A DNA stretch of 64,000 nt from Bacteroides sp. GTDB taxonomy: Bacteria > Bacillota > Clostridia > Oscillospirales > Ruminococcaceae. A program made the translations under genes and the position numbers. Numbering within the stretch: the stretch's first letter is position 1; each line of letters opens with the position of its first letter. The notes under the pieces are model-generated. The model saw only the letters and a list, made by a program, of their open reading frames with translations. It was not told the DNA's origin and did no database searches. Shown here in pieces: positions 1 through 10,771 of the stretch. The DNA is taken from contig JAMPHV010000004.1 in NCBI GenBank assembly GCA_023663265.1, positions 410 to 64,409 on the forward strand, in the 5' to 3' direction.

Positions 1-228
1 AGGCTGAGTGAAAGAGGGATTTTTAAAAACGAAAAAGGAACGGTGACTTCCCTTATATCGAAAGACGATTTTTATTCAATAAAAACCGAAAGCTTTGTCA
101 ACGAAGCTTTCGGAGGCTCTCTTCCCGCTTTTCTCGCAGCGTTCACATCGAGAAAAAAGCTGAACGAAAAGGATATAAAAGCAATAAAACAGCTTATAAA
201 CGATTACGGAGAGGAAACGGAAAAATGA
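1..228 (+). CDS. BlaI/MecI/CopY family transcriptional repressor (5'-truncated by window edge)
   Basis: Frame 1 is open from base 1 (RLSERGIFKNEKGTVTSLISKDDF...FGGSLPAFLAAF...LNEKDIKAIKQLI), which resembles the C-terminal half of BlaI. Its stop overlaps the ATG of the M56 gene (ATGA). Confidence 0.85.
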   Translation, partial: RLSERGIFKNEKGTVTSLISKDDFYSIKTESFVNEAFGGSLPAFLAAFTSRKKLNEKDIKAIKQLINDYGEETEK

Positions 229-1805
229 AAGCCGTATTTTTTTCACTGCTTGATAAATGTATTGCGTCAAGTCTTTTGATAGCGGCAATCGTTATAGTGC
301 GGCTGTTTAAAGATGTTCCGAAAAACACGCGCCGCATACTGTGGAGCTTTGCGGTGCTGCGGCTGATATCTCCTTTTTCCGTCAAGAGCGTTTTCAGTCT
401 AATTCCCCAAAAACAGTACACGGTGGAGCTTCAAGAGACCGTTCCCGTTGTAAACATGACGCTCCCTTTTCCCACCGAAAACGCTTCTCTTCCACCGCCT
501 GTTTTTTCGGAAGCGCCTTCTGCGCCCGATATTTGGGCGATAGCCTCCGCAGTTTGGCTTGCGGGCGCCATACTTATGCTGCTTTATATGTCGGTAAGCC
601 TTATACGGGTGCGTACTTTGGTAAAAGAAGCAATCAAGAGGGATAATTACTTTCTCTGCGACAGGATATCGGGAGCTTTTGTATTAGGCTTTTTCCGTCC
701 GAGAATATATATTCCTTTCGATCTCGAAAACAAAAATGAATATGTGATAGCTCATGAACTGGCGCATATTAAAGGATTGGATCATATATGGAAGCCGATA
801 GGCTTTATATTGCTGTCGGTATATTGGTTCGATCCACTATGCTGGCTTGCATATATTCTTTTTTGCAGAGATATAGAGCTTGCCTGCGATGAAAGAGCGG
901 TCAAAAACTACGACCTAAAACACAAAAGGGCTTATTCCGAAGCTCTTCTGGAGGCAAACGTCCGCGGAAAATATCCTATAGCCTTCGGCGGGGTCGGAAT
1001 AAAGGAAAGGGTGAAAAATGTGCTAAATTACAAAAAACCGACTTTTTTCGCTGCCGCAGCTTCGGCTGTGCTTTGCGGAGCGATCGCAGCCTGTTTTTTA
1101 ACAGACCCGATCGCCTCGGAAAACAATGTTGAGACATATCTCTCTGGAATAACCTTGAATACCGTAACAGAGACCCTCGGCAAAGAAACCAAAAACACGG
1201 AGGAGCTTACCGCAGCCGTTTCTTCAACGAAAACGGCTATCCCCAAAAATAACCTGCTGTCCGCAGAAGAGATCAAAGACCTGGACGAAGAAGAAAAAGC
1301 ACGTTTGGGATATGCGGCAGACGCGGAAGGAAATATTTTGGGGTATGTGCCCGAAAAAGTATCGGACAACAACGATATCCCGCCAACCAAGATTACTCCC
1401 GATGATACGGACGCGATCCTTGCATGTATGCTGGATATAAAGGCGGTGGTTCGCGAAGAAGGCTACAAGGAATTTTTGACCGACAGCGGATTAACGGTTA
1501 AAACAGGCTACAACGGCAATACGGTAATACTGAATCTCCCCGCGGAAAAAGGCAGCAAGGCTCTTGCTTTAAAAAGCGGCACCGTTACGGAAGCGGCTTA
1601 CATCTCGGGCTTAGGTTATACGGCAATCGTGGAAAGCGATGACGGATTCCGCATCTATTACAGCCATTTAGACAGATTTTCCGTAAAAGCCGGAGACAGC
1701 GTTATTGCGGGACAGGTGATAGGCTGCGCCGGAGAAACGGGTATTGCGGGTTATCCGCAGATTGGATACGCTATTGAATCCGTAACCAACAGTACTATCC
1801 CCTAA
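225..1805 (+). CDS. BlaR1-like M56 family membrane metallopeptidase with C-terminal degenerate M23/LytM domain
   Basis: N-terminal TM helices, HELAH zinc motif, DPLCWLAY...DIELACDERAV M56 signature. The C-terminal YYSHLDRFSVKAGDSVIAGQVIGCAGETG is M23-like. Confidence 0.85.
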   Translation: MKAVFFSLLDKCIASSLLIAAIVIVRLFKDVPKNTRRILWSFAVLRLISPFSVKSVFSLIPQKQYTVELQETVPVVNMTLPFPTENASLPPPVFSEAPSAPDIWAIASAVWLAGAILMLLYMSVSLIRVRTLVKEAIKRDNYFLCDRISGAFVLGFFRPRIYIPFDLENKNEYVIAHELAHIKGLDHIWKPIGFILLSVYWFDPLCWLAYILFCRDIELACDERAVKNYDLKHKRAYSEALLEANVRGKYPIAFGGVGIKERVKNVLNYKKPTFFAAAASAVLCGAIAACFLTDPIASENNVETYLSGITLNTVTETLGKETKNTEELTAAVSSTKTAIPKNNLLSAEEIKDLDEEEKARLGYAADAEGNILGYVPEKVSDNNDIPPTKITPDDTDAILACMLDIKAVVREEGYKEFLTDSGLTVKTGYNGNTVILNLPAEKGSKALALKSGTVTEAAYISGLGYTAIVESDDGFRIYYSHLDRFSVKAGDSVIAGQVIGCAGETGIAGYPQIGYAIESVTNSTIP

Positions 1806-4404
1806 CCTCCAGCAAGAGCCCTTCCCCGCTTCCGTCGATCACCACAGTATCTCCCTCGCCGAGCTTGTCTCCTATGATCGCCTTGGCGATAAGCGTTTCG
1901 ACCTTGCTTTGAATAAACCTCTTAAGCGGTCTCGCGCCGTAAACGGGGTCGTATCCGTTGTCTATGATATATTCCTTAGCCTTATCGGTAATTTCGACCT
2001 TGATATGCTTATCCTCCAAACGCCCCGACAGGTCCTTTATCATCAAATCAACAATGCTTCCTATCTCTCCCTTTGCCAAGGGCTTGTAAAATACGATCTC
2101 GTCCAATCTGTTGAGAAATTCGGGTCTGAATTGAGCCTTCAGCAGCTTCTCTACCTGCTCCTTACCCTCCGACGAAATTTCGTTGCGGTCGTTTATCCCG
2201 TCAAGAATATAGCTTGAACCTAAGTTGCTGGTCAAAATAATAATGGTATTCTTAAAATCCACCGTTCTGCCCTGGCTGTCGGTAATTCGTCCGTCGTCAA
2301 GCACCTGAAGCAGTATATTGAACACATCGGGGTGAGCCTTTTCAATCTCGTCGAAAAGCACTACCGAATACGGCTTGCGCCGTACCGCCTCGGTAAGCTG
2401 TCCCCCCTCGTCGTAGCCGACATATCCGGGAGGCGCTCCGATAAGGCGGCTAACGCTGTATTTTTCCATATACTCGGTCATATCGATACGCACGATATTG
2501 TGCTCGTCGTCAAAAAGCGCCTGTGCCAAAGCCTTTGCCAGCTCGGTCTTTCCAACGCCCGTCGGACCCAAGAAAAGGAATGAGCCTATGGGACGGTCGG
2601 GGTCCTGTATACCCGCTCTTGAACGCAGTATTGCCTCGCTTACCTTTTCCACGGCTTCGTTCTGACCGATAACGCGCTTATGGAGCATATCCTCCATTCC
2701 AAGCAGCTTCGACCGCTCGCCCTCCATAAGCTTAGCCACGGGTATACCTGTCCAGCGGGCGATTATTCTTGCTATCTCCTCCTCCGTCACCTTGTCTCTC
2801 AGAAGAGAGGAGCTGCTCTTACGTTCCTCCGCGAGCCGTTCTTCCCTTTCAAGCTCCGCTTGAAGCTGCGGAAGCTTTCCGTACTGCAATTCGGCGGCCT
2901 TGTTCAGATTGTATTCGCGCTTGGCTGTCTCGATATCTCCGCCCAATTTTTCTATTTCCTTACGCAAAGCCTGCACCTTATTGATATCCGACTTTTCGTT
3001 TTCCCATTTTGCTTTCATTCCGCTGAACTGCTCCCTCATCTGAGCCAGCTCGCTCTGAATATCCGCCAAATGCTCTTGAGACAGCCTGTCGCTTTCCTTT
3101 TTGAGGGCTGCCTCCTCTATCTCGTGCTGCATTATCTTTCGTGAAAGCTCGTCAAGCTCGGTGGGCATTGACTCCATTTCCGTCTTGATAAGCGCGCAGG
3201 CTTCGTCAACAAGGTCTATCGCCTTATCGGGCAAAAAACGGTCGCTTATATATCGGTTGGAAAGCACCGCCGCTGCGATAAGAGCCTGGTCGTGTATCTT
3301 TACGCCGTGAAAGACCTCGTACCGTTCCTTTAACCCTCTTAAAATGGAAATGGTGTCCTCCACGGTGGGCTCGTCTACCTGAACAGGCTGAAATCTTCTT
3401 TCAAGAGCGGGGTCCTTCTCGATATACTTGCGGTATTCGTCGAGAGTGGTAGCCCCTATGCAGTGCAGCTCGCCCCTTGCCAGCATCGGCTTTAAAATAT
3501 TTCCCGCGTCCATTGCCCCGTCGGTTTTGCCCGCGCCGACTATCAAGTGCAGCTCGTCGATAAACAGTATTATCCTGCCGTCGCTTTTCTTGACCTCCTG
3601 CAATACCGCCTTTAATCGCTCCTCAAATTCGCCCCGATATTTTGCGCCTGCCACAAGCGCGCCCATATCCAGGCTGAAAAGCTGTCTGTCCTTTAAACCG
3701 CCCGGCACGTCTCCCCTAACTATGCGAAGCGCCAACCCCTCCGCTATCGCCGTTTTACCTACGCCGGGCTCGCCGATGAGCACGGGGTTGTTTTTGGTTT
3801 TACGGCTCAATATGCGTATTACGTTCCTTATCTCTCCGTCGCGCCCGATAACGGGGTCAAGCTTGTTCTGCCTTGCCAGCTCGACCAAATCCTGACCGTA
3901 TTTTTTCAAAACGTCATAGGTATCCTCGGGACTGTCGGAGGTCACTCTCGTATTGCCTCTTACCTTTTGGAGCGCTGTCAGAAAAGCGTTTTTGCTTATC
4001 CCGAAGCTTGAGAAAAGCTCCTTTACCTTTCCCGCCGACTTGTCCAGCAAGCCCAAAAACAAATGCTCCACGCTTATGAACTCGTCGTTCATTCGCTCGG
4101 CTTCCTCCTCTGCGGCGGTAAACGCCCTGTCCAGCTCGGAGGTAATGTAAACGCTGTTTAATTCCCTTGCTCCGCTTCCCGTGACCTTGGGTACGCCGTC
4201 AACTATTTTTTCCGCGTTTTCCGAAAACGCTCCGACGTTTATCCCCATGCTCTGCAAAAGCTGCGGGATCAAGCCCTCCTCCTGCTCCAGCAAAGCGAGC
4301 AGGATATGACACTGGTCGATCTGCTGATTGTTGTTCCGAACCGCTATGCTTTGCGCAGCCTCAACGATCCCGACCGAATTTTTTGTCAATCTCTGTGTGT
4401 TCAT
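1795..4404 (-). CDS. clpB: ATP-dependent chaperone ClpB
   Basis: 869 aa; two Walker A motifs ([16 protein letters not shown]), middle coiled-coil domain, GARPLKR motif. The 3' end overlaps the convergent M56 gene by 11 bp. Confidence 0.97.
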   Translation of the reverse strand: MNTQRLTKNSVGIVEAAQSIAVRNNNQQIDQCHILLALLEQEEGLIPQLLQSMGINVGAFSENAEKIVDGVPKVTGSGARELNSVYITSELDRAFTAAEEEAERMNDEFISVEHLFLGLLDKSAGKVKELFSSFGISKNAFLTALQKVRGNTRVTSDSPEDTYDVLKKYGQDLVELARQNKLDPVIGRDGEIRNVIRILSRKTKNNPVLIGEPGVGKTAIAEGLALRIVRGDVPGGLKDRQLFSLDMGALVAGAKYRGEFEERLKAVLQEVKKSDGRIILFIDELHLIVGAGKTDGAMDAGNILKPMLARGELHCIGATTLDEYRKYIEKDPALERRFQPVQVDEPTVEDTISILRGLKERYEVFHGVKIHDQALIAAAVLSNRYISDRFLPDKAIDLVDEACALIKTEMESMPTELDELSRKIMQHEIEEAALKKESDRLSQEHLADIQSELAQMREQFSGMKAKWENEKSDINKVQALRKEIEKLGGDIETAKREYNLNKAAELQYGKLPQLQAELEREERLAEERKSSSSLLRDKVTEEEIARIIARWTGIPVAKLMEGERSKLLGMEDMLHKRVIGQNEAVEKVSEAILRSRAGIQDPDRPIGSFLFLGPTGVGKTELAKALAQALFDDEHNIVRIDMTEYMEKYSVSRLIGAPPGYVGYDEGGQLTEAVRRKPYSVVLFDEIEKAHPDVFNILLQVLDDGRITDSQGRTVDFKNTIIILTSNLGSSYILDGINDRNEISSEGKEQVEKLLKAQFRPEFLNRLDEIVFYKPLAKGEIGSIVDLMIKDLSGRLEDKHIKVEITDKAKEYIIDNGYDPVYGARPLKRFIQSKVETLIAKAIIGDKLGEGDTVVIDGSGEGLLLEVRG

Positions 4405-4431
4405 AAAAATGTCTCCTTTCCAATGTTCTCA

Positions 4432-5097
4432 CTATATAATGGTTATCCCCTTTTCAAGATAACCTCGGTATTTTTCCGCCGCAGCCGCAGCCGCAGCCGC
4501 CTCATCTTCACGCTGAAAAGCGAAGTAGCTTTTCAGCACGTCGTCGAACATCTGTATATATTTTGCGATCGCCGCGCCTATCTCCTCGGTGCTTTTGCCG
4601 TTGTACTCCTCGGGGAGGGTAAACGCTCGCGTAAGCCGTCCGTCCTCGATAAAATATTTGACTCCGTCGGGAAAAAGCTTAACGATATATCGATTTTCCA
4701 ACGCCGCCCAAAGCCGCAGAAAATCCTCCATTTTGGCTTTCAGCTCCTCTGATTGGGTGCGAAAGCTCACCTTCAGCTCTCCCTCTGTTTTATCGCTGCT
4801 TCTGAATATTTGAAGCCCGTATCTTACCGTGGGCTTATACTTGTACTTCAAAGCCGAGCGTATCAGCATCGACTGGTTTTCAGCCTTGACTATAAAACCG
4901 CTTCCGCTTTCGGAAAACAATTTGTTCAGACTGTCAAAAATACGGTTTATTTTCATTTCGGGAGTGATATACCCCGCGTACTCCGCCAATATTCTGTCTA
5001 TAAAAGCGGAACGGCTTATTCCCGCAGCATATGCGAGCCTGTCCGCCGCCTCGACCACTTGATCGGTCAATACAAGGCTGTAAACGCTTTTGCTCAT
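4432..5097 (-). CDS. Hypothetical protein with N-terminal ribbon-helix-helix (CopG-like) DNA-binding domain
   Basis: N-terminus SVYSLVLTDQVVEAADRLAYAAGISRSAFIDRIL fits the RHH pattern; RBS AAGGGGTG; 27 bp upstream of clpB. Confidence 0.65.
   Translation of the reverse strand: MSKSVYSLVLTDQVVEAADRLAYAAGISRSAFIDRILAEYAGYITPEMKINRIFDSLNKLFSESGSGFIVKAENQSMLIRSALKYKYKPTVRYGLQIFRSSDKTEGELKVSFRTQSEELKAKMEDFLRLWAALENRYIVKLFPDGVKYFIEDGRLTRAFTLPEEYNGKSTEEIGAAIAKYIQMFDDVLKSYFAFQREDEAAAAAAAAEKYRGYLEKGITII
4478..4500. repeat. (GCCGCA)n hexamer repeat encoding a poly-Ala tract
   Basis: GCCGCA x3 plus GCCGC; the translation reads EAAAAAAAAEK. Confidence 0.8.
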
Positions 5098-5144
5098 TTT
5101 TTCAATTCACCCCTTTAACATATACTTTTCTTTAGCGCAATATA

Positions 5145-5173
5145 ATTATAACACCCTCTTAATAATTTGTCAA
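5145..5173 (-). promoter_or_regulatory. Consensus sigma-A promoter for the RHH-clpB operon
   Basis: Minus strand TTGACA-17 bp-TATAAT with an extended -10 TG. Confidence 0.85.
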
Positions 5174-5213
5174 TAGTTTTATATAATTTTATTTACAAAT
5201 TATATTTTTATCC

Positions 5214-5253
5214 AAAAAAACACGCTTGACCACTCAAATCAAACGTGTTTTTT
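5214..5253. terminator. Intrinsic terminator after uvrA
   Basis: AAAAAACACG-C-TTGA...TCAA-A-CGTGTTTTTT hairpin flanked by A/T tracts, immediately after the uvrA stop. Confidence 0.8.
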
Positions 5254-5254
5254 G

Positions 5255-8077
5255 TTATTTCAAAAGCTTTTTCAGATATTTTCCCGTATAAGACTTTCTG
5301 TTTTTTGCTACCTCCTCGGGAGTGCCCTCGGCAATGACATATCCGCCGTTGTCGCCTCCCTCGGGACCTAAGTCTATTATATGATCCGCTGTCTTTATGA
5401 CGTCAAGATTGTGTTCTATTACCACGACCGTGTTCCCTCCGTCGGTAAGCTTCTGCAGGATTTCAATAAGCTTTGCGACATCATGGGTGTGAAGTCCCGT
5501 AGTGGGCTCGTCCAATACATAAATGGTCTTACCCGTGGCGCGCCTGGAAAGCTCCGTTGCAAGCTTTACTCTCTGCGCCTCGCCGCCCGAGAGCGTGGTT
5601 GCGGGCTGTCCTATCTTGACATAGCCCAATCCCACGTCATACAAGGTTTGAAGCTTTCTTTGAAGCTTCGGGATACTGGAGAAAAACTCCAATCCCTCCT
5701 CGACCGTCATTTCAAGAACGTCATAGATACTTTTTCCCTTGTATCTTACCTCCAGCGTTTCCCTGTTGTAGCGTCTTCCTCCGCAAACCTCGCAGGGCAC
5801 GTAAATATCCGGCAGGAAATGCATTTCTATTTTTATGATACCGTCCCCCTCGCAGGCCTCGCACCGTCCGCCCTTAACGTTGAAGCTGAAGCGTCCGCTT
5901 ATGTAGCCCTTTGCCTTGGCGTCGGCGGTAGAAGCATACAGATCGCGTATGTCGTTGAAAAGCCCGGTATAGGTGGCAGGATTTGAGCGGGGAGTTCTCC
6001 CTATAGGCGACTGATCTATGTTTATTACCTTGTCAAGCTGCTCAATACCCGTCATTCTCTCGAATTTACCCGCTCTTATCTTTGCTCTGTTAAGCTTCGC
6101 TACAAGGTGCTTATACAGTATTTCGTTAACAAAGGAGCTTTTTCCGCTTCCCGAAACCCCCGTAACACAGGTGAATACGCCTAATGGGATTTTTATGTCT
6201 ATGTTCTTTAAATTATTTTCCGCAGCGCCGAACACCGTCAAATAACGGTCGCCGCATTGTCTGCGCTCCTTGGGAACGGGAATAGCCAACTCTCCCGAAA
6301 GATATTTCCCCGTTATGGAGCGCTCGCTTTCTATAATGTCCTTCACCGTGCCCGCCGCAACTATCTCGCCGCCGTGTATGCCCGCTTCGGGACCTATGTC
6401 CACCAAGTAATCCGCCGCCCTCATGGTGTCCTCGTCATGCTCCACCACAATAACGGTATTCCCCAAGTCGCGAAGATTTTTCAGCGTTGCGATAAGCCTG
6501 TCGTTATCTCTTTGGTGCAAGCCTATGCTGGGCTCGTCCAAAATGTACAAAACTCCCATAAGAGAGCTTCCTATCTGAGTTGCAAGACGAATACGCTGGC
6601 TCTCGCCGCCCGAAAGCGTACCGGAGGAGCGGGAAAGCTTAAGATAATCCAATCCCACGCTTTGCAGAAAGCCGAGCCTTGAATTTATTTCCTTTAATAT
6701 CTGCTCGGCTATCATATTGTCTCTTTTAGACAGCTTCAAACCGTTCACAAATCGAAGCGCGTCCGTAATGCTGAGGCTGCTGAACTCGTTTATGTTCTTT
6801 CCTCCGACGGTCACGCAAAGCGCTTCCTTTTTTAGCCTCTGACCGTGACATTCGGGGCACTCTATCTCCGACATATAATCGGATATCTCGTCCTTCATAT
6901 ACTGGCTGCTGGTTTCGCGGTAGCGGCGTTCAAGGTTGTTTACTATCCCCTCGAAATCCGTCATATGACCCTTTCCGCCCTCCCATGGACGCTGCACGGA
7001 AAATTTCTCCCCGTTGGTACCGTACAAAATAATATTTACCGCGCTTTCGGGCAGCTCCTTGACGGGAGTATCTACGGAAAAGCCGTAATGCTTCGCTAAT
7101 CCGTCAAAATACATTTTCGCCATGCTTCCCTCGTTGTATATCCAGCCGCTGGCTTTTACGGCGTTTTCACTTATCGACAGCTCTCTGTTGGGTATTATCA
7201 GATTTTCGTCAATGCTCATATAAAAGCCTAAACCCGAACAACGGGGACAAGCGCCGAAGGGATTGTTAAAGCTGAACATACGGGGATTCAAGTCCTCAAC
7301 GCTGACTCCATGCTCGGGACAGGCGTAATTCTGAGAAAAATGCAGCTCCTCCTGTCCTATAACGTCAACAAAAACCAATCCTCCCGAAAGCTTTCCCGAG
7401 GTCTCGATGCTTTCGGTGAGCCTCGATTTTATGGTATCCTTGACAACAAGGCGGTCTATTACAGCCTCGATATTATGCTTCTTGTTTTTTTCAAGCTTGA
7501 CCTGTTCCGAAAGGTCGTACATTATTCCGTCTATCCTTACATGGATAAAGCCCTGCTTTCTCAGATTTTCCAGCTCCTTGGCGTATTCTCCCTTTCTTCC
7601 TCGGACAATCGGCGCCATGACCTGTATCTTTGTACCGACCTCCAGCTCCATTATCCTGTCGGCTATCTGATCCACCGTCTGCTGCTTTATTTCTTTTCCG
7701 CAAACAGGACAGTGAGGTATGCCTATTCTTGCATACAAAAGTCTCAGATAATCGTATATTTCCGTTACCGTCCCAACGGTGGAACGGGGATTCTTTGAGG
7801 TGGTCTTTTGATCGATGGATATAGCGGGCGACAAGCCGTCTATGCTTTCCACATCGGGCTTTTCCATTTGCCCCAAAAACATTCTCGCGTAGGAGGAAAG
7901 GCTTTCTATATATCTTCTTTGTCCGTCGGCGTAAATTGTGTCGAAAGCAAGAGAGGATTTTCCCGAGCCGGACAAACCCGTCATTACGATAAGCTTGTCT
8001 CTCGGCAATTCAAGGCTGACGTTTTTTAAATTATGCTCCTTTGCTCCCTTGATGATTATTTTATTGTTAGCTGCCAT
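5255..8077 (-). CDS. uvrA: Excinuclease ABC subunit A
   Basis: 940 aa; two ABC ATPase modules ([23 protein letters not shown]) and CxxC zinc fingers. Confidence 0.98.
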   Translation of the reverse strand: MAANNKIIIKGAKEHNLKNVSLELPRDKLIVMTGLSGSGKSSLAFDTIYADGQRRYIESLSSYARMFLGQMEKPDVESIDGLSPAISIDQKTTSKNPRSTVGTVTEIYDYLRLLYARIGIPHCPVCGKEIKQQTVDQIADRIMELEVGTKIQVMAPIVRGRKGEYAKELENLRKQGFIHVRIDGIMYDLSEQVKLEKNKKHNIEAVIDRLVVKDTIKSRLTESIETSGKLSGGLVFVDVIGQEELHFSQNYACPEHGVSVEDLNPRMFSFNNPFGACPRCSGLGFYMSIDENLIIPNRELSISENAVKASGWIYNEGSMAKMYFDGLAKHYGFSVDTPVKELPESAVNIILYGTNGEKFSVQRPWEGGKGHMTDFEGIVNNLERRYRETSSQYMKDEISDYMSEIECPECHGQRLKKEALCVTVGGKNINEFSSLSITDALRFVNGLKLSKRDNMIAEQILKEINSRLGFLQSVGLDYLKLSRSSGTLSGGESQRIRLATQIGSSLMGVLYILDEPSIGLHQRDNDRLIATLKNLRDLGNTVIVVEHDEDTMRAADYLVDIGPEAGIHGGEIVAAGTVKDIIESERSITGKYLSGELAIPVPKERRQCGDRYLTVFGAAENNLKNIDIKIPLGVFTCVTGVSGSGKSSFVNEILYKHLVAKLNRAKIRAGKFERMTGIEQLDKVINIDQSPIGRTPRSNPATYTGLFNDIRDLYASTADAKAKGYISGRFSFNVKGGRCEACEGDGIIKIEMHFLPDIYVPCEVCGGRRYNRETLEVRYKGKSIYDVLEMTVEEGLEFFSSIPKLQRKLQTLYDVGLGYVKIGQPATTLSGGEAQRVKLATELSRRATGKTIYVLDEPTTGLHTHDVAKLIEILQKLTDGGNTVVVIEHNLDVIKTADHIIDLGPEGGDNGGYVIAEGTPEEVAKNRKSYTGKYLKKLLK

Positions 8078-8079
8078 TT

Positions 8080-10041
8080 TTATCTTTCCTTTAGCTCTGT
8101 GATTTTATCTCTGAAATAAGCCGCCTGTTCAAAATCAAGCACCTTTGCGGCTTCACGCATAAGCGAGGTATACTGCTTGATAAGATTTTGCTTTTCCTCC
8201 TTTGTAAGCTGTTTTTTGTTCTTTCCCTTTTTGTCGGATTTCGCGGAGATATCTATAACGTCGCGTACTTCCTTTACAATCGTTTTGGGCACTATACCGT
8301 GCTCCTCGTTATATTTTGACTGTATCTCCCTGCGGCGGTTGGTTTCGCTGATAGCCGTTTCCATTGAGCGGGTGACCTGGTCGGCGTACATAATGACCAT
8401 ACCGTCTGCGTTTCTTGCGGCGCGCCCTATGGTCTGCACCAAAGAGGTCTCGCTGCGCAGAAAGCCTTCCTTATCCGCGTCGAGGATCGCCACCAGCGAC
8501 ACCTCGGGCAGGTCGAGTCCCTCACGAAGGAGATTTATCCCGATAAGCACGTCAAACTCGCCCAATCTTAAGCCGCGTATTATCTCCATACGCTCTATGG
8601 TATCTATGTCATGGTGCATATAACGAACCTTCAGCCCTGTTTTTTCAAGGTATTTGGTCAGATCCTCCGCCATTTTCTTGGTAAGAGTGGTTACGAGAAC
8701 ACGCTCCTTGCGTTCTATACGCATATTTATTTCCGACAGCAGATCCTCTATCTGTCCCTCAACGGGTCTTACGGAGATCAGCGGATCAAGAAGTCCCGTA
8801 GGTCTTATAAGCTGCTCCACTACTCTTACCGCGTGCTCCTTTTCAAAGGGTCCGGGAGTGGCGGAAACGTATATTACTTGATTCAGCTTTGAGTAAAACT
8901 CGTCGAAATTCATGGGGCGGTTATCGTAAGCGGAGGGCAAGCGGAAGCCGTATTCCACAAGATTTTTCTTTCTTGCCGCGTCGCCGCCGTACATTCCTCT
9001 TACCTGAGGAATAGTTACATGGCTCTCGTCTATCAGCACCAGAAAATCCTTCGGAAAATGGTCGATAAGCGTTAGAGGCGTGCTTCCCTTGGGTCGTCCC
9101 GAAAGCACCCTCGAATAGTTCTCAATACCCTTGCAGGTACCTATCTCCCGCAGCATTTCCAAATCGTAAGCAGTTCTTTGAGCGATACGCTGAGCCTCGA
9201 TAAGCTTGTGATTGTTTGTGAAAAACTCTACCTGCTCCTCCATTTCGGCGCGTATATCCTCCAGCGCCTTTTCAAGTCTGCCCCTGTCAACGATATAGTG
9301 GCTGGCGGGAAAGATCGCGGCATGAAGCAGCTCTCTTTTAACATTTCCCGTAACCACCTCTATTTCGGTTATCCTGTCGATCTCGTCGCCGAAAAACTCA
9401 ACTCTGAGAGCAGTTTCGGAGGGGTTGCCCGCGGGAAATATCTCCACCACGTCTCCTCTCACACGAAACTTGTTGCGTACAAAGTTAACGTCGTTTCTTT
9501 CGTACTGTATTTCCACAAGCCTTGCTATAAGCTCGTCTCTGCCCACCTCGGTGCCCTTTCTTATGGAAATAACGTTGGCGCGGTAATCCTCGGGGCTTCC
9601 CAAGGAGTATATACAGGATACGCTTGCAACGATTATAACGTCCCTGCGCTCCGCCAGCGCAAAGGTAGCGGAGTGCCTTAAACGGTCTATGTCGTCGTTT
9701 ATGGCGCTGTCCTTTTCAATGTAAGCGTCGGTGGAGGGAATATAAGCCTCGGGCTGATAATAGTCGTAATAGCTTACGAAATATTCCACAGCGTTGTTTG
9801 GAAAAAACTCTCTGAGCTCGCTGCAAAGCTGCGCCGCCAAGGTCTTGTTGTGAGCGAGCACCAGCGTGGGGCGGTTGACCTTGGCAATAATGTTAGCCAT
9901 GGTGAAGGTTTTTCCCGAGCCGGTTACGCCCATAAGCACCTGCTCCTTGTCGCCGTTCAGCACGCCCTCCGTGAGCCGCTCGATCGCGGCGGGTTGGTCT
10001 CCCGTAGGACTGTATGGCGACTGTAAATCAAACTTGTCCAT
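8080..10041 (-). CDS. uvrB: Excinuclease ABC subunit B
   Basis: [18 protein letters not shown] beta-hairpin, DESH, C-terminal UVR motif. Start placed at ATG 10041 (MDKFDL), which has an RBS. Confidence 0.97.
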   Translation of the reverse strand: MDKFDLQSPYSPTGDQPAAIERLTEGVLNGDKEQVLMGVTGSGKTFTMANIIAKVNRPTLVLAHNKTLAAQLCSELREFFPNNAVEYFVSYYDYYQPEAYIPSTDAYIEKDSAINDDIDRLRHSATFALAERRDVIIVASVSCIYSLGSPEDYRANVISIRKGTEVGRDELIARLVEIQYERNDVNFVRNKFRVRGDVVEIFPAGNPSETALRVEFFGDEIDRITEIEVVTGNVKRELLHAAIFPASHYIVDRGRLEKALEDIRAEMEEQVEFFTNNHKLIEAQRIAQRTAYDLEMLREIGTCKGIENYSRVLSGRPKGSTPLTLIDHFPKDFLVLIDESHVTIPQVRGMYGGDAARKKNLVEYGFRLPSAYDNRPMNFDEFYSKLNQVIYVSATPGPFEKEHAVRVVEQLIRPTGLLDPLISVRPVEGQIEDLLSEINMRIERKERVLVTTLTKKMAEDLTKYLEKTGLKVRYMHHDIDTIERMEIIRGLRLGEFDVLIGINLLREGLDLPEVSLVAILDADKEGFLRSETSLVQTIGRAARNADGMVIMYADQVTRSMETAISETNRRREIQSKYNEEHGIVPKTIVKEVRDVIDISAKSDKKGKNKKQLTKEEKQNLIKQYTSLMREAAKVLDFEQAAYFRDKITELKER

Positions 10042-10762
10042 AATTATCTTTCCATATCCTGTCCGCAAGTATGTTTTCGTGCATGCTTACGGCGCCGTAT
10101 TTTCCCACTATAATATGGTCGATAAGCTCTATACCGAGCCCCTCCAGCAGCTCCGCCAAATCCGCCGTGGCGCTTATATCGTTTCGCGACGCCTGAGAGG
10201 AACCGTTGGGGTGATTATGCGCCAGCGCGATACGGTCGCAGTTATGTTTAAGGGCAAACTCCACTATCCTCCGTGCGGAAATATTGACTCTCCCGGGGTC
10301 TCCCTCGGAAACTATCTCATGGCAGCGCACCACCAGCTCGTTATCGAGAGCAATAGCGTAAAGCACTTCGTTTTTGCAGCCCAAAAACAAATTGCTGCAA
10401 TAGCCGCACAAAAAGGACTGTCCCGTGACCCTTTTGTTTACTTCATCGTCTTCGGCGGCAAAGGATGAGATAAGGTATCGTTTGGACGCCATCTGAAAAA
10501 ATTTCAGCAGCGACGCCGCGTTTTCTCCGATCCCGCTGATCTTCATCAGCTCCTCGTAATCGGCTTCAAGCACTTGGGCAAAGCTTCCGAAGGCGTCGAG
10601 CAAAAGATGCGCGGTACCGTTGGTATCCTTTTTCGGAACGGCATAGAAAAGAAGCGCTTCCAAAAGCTGGACGTCGGTAAAGCTTTCAATGCCGAATCTT
10701 AAAAATCGTTCCTTTACCCTTTGGCGGTGTCCCTCGTGAACATTGATCTTTTTCTCTGCCAT
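10028..10762 (-). CDS. radC: RadC/JAB domain protein
   Basis: [13 protein letters not shown]-terminus, HhH motif (ISGIGENAA), HNHPNG JAB motif. Confidence 0.9.
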   Translation of the reverse strand: MAEKKINVHEGHRQRVKERFLRFGIESFTDVQLLEALLFYAVPKKDTNGTAHLLLDAFGSFAQVLEADYEELMKISGIGENAASLLKFFQMASKRYLISSFAAEDDEVNKRVTGQSFLCGYCSNLFLGCKNEVLYAIALDNELVVRCHEIVSEGDPGRVNISARRIVEFALKHNCDRIALAHNHPNGSSQASRNDISATADLAELLEGLGIELIDHIIVGKYGAVSMHENILADRIWKDNYGQV

Positions 10763-10771
10763 AACAGGTTC

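Noticed and set aside
5131-5160. Degenerate CIRCE near the RHH-clpB promoter (TTAGCGC...)
   Set aside because: Only a partial half-site with no matching second half at 9-bp spacing.
10028-10762. RadC/JAB as a marker of a mobile element or anti-defence cargo
   Set aside because: It is the full-length chromosomal form with the HhH N-terminus, flanked by ilvD and uvrB, with no mobile-element hallmarks.
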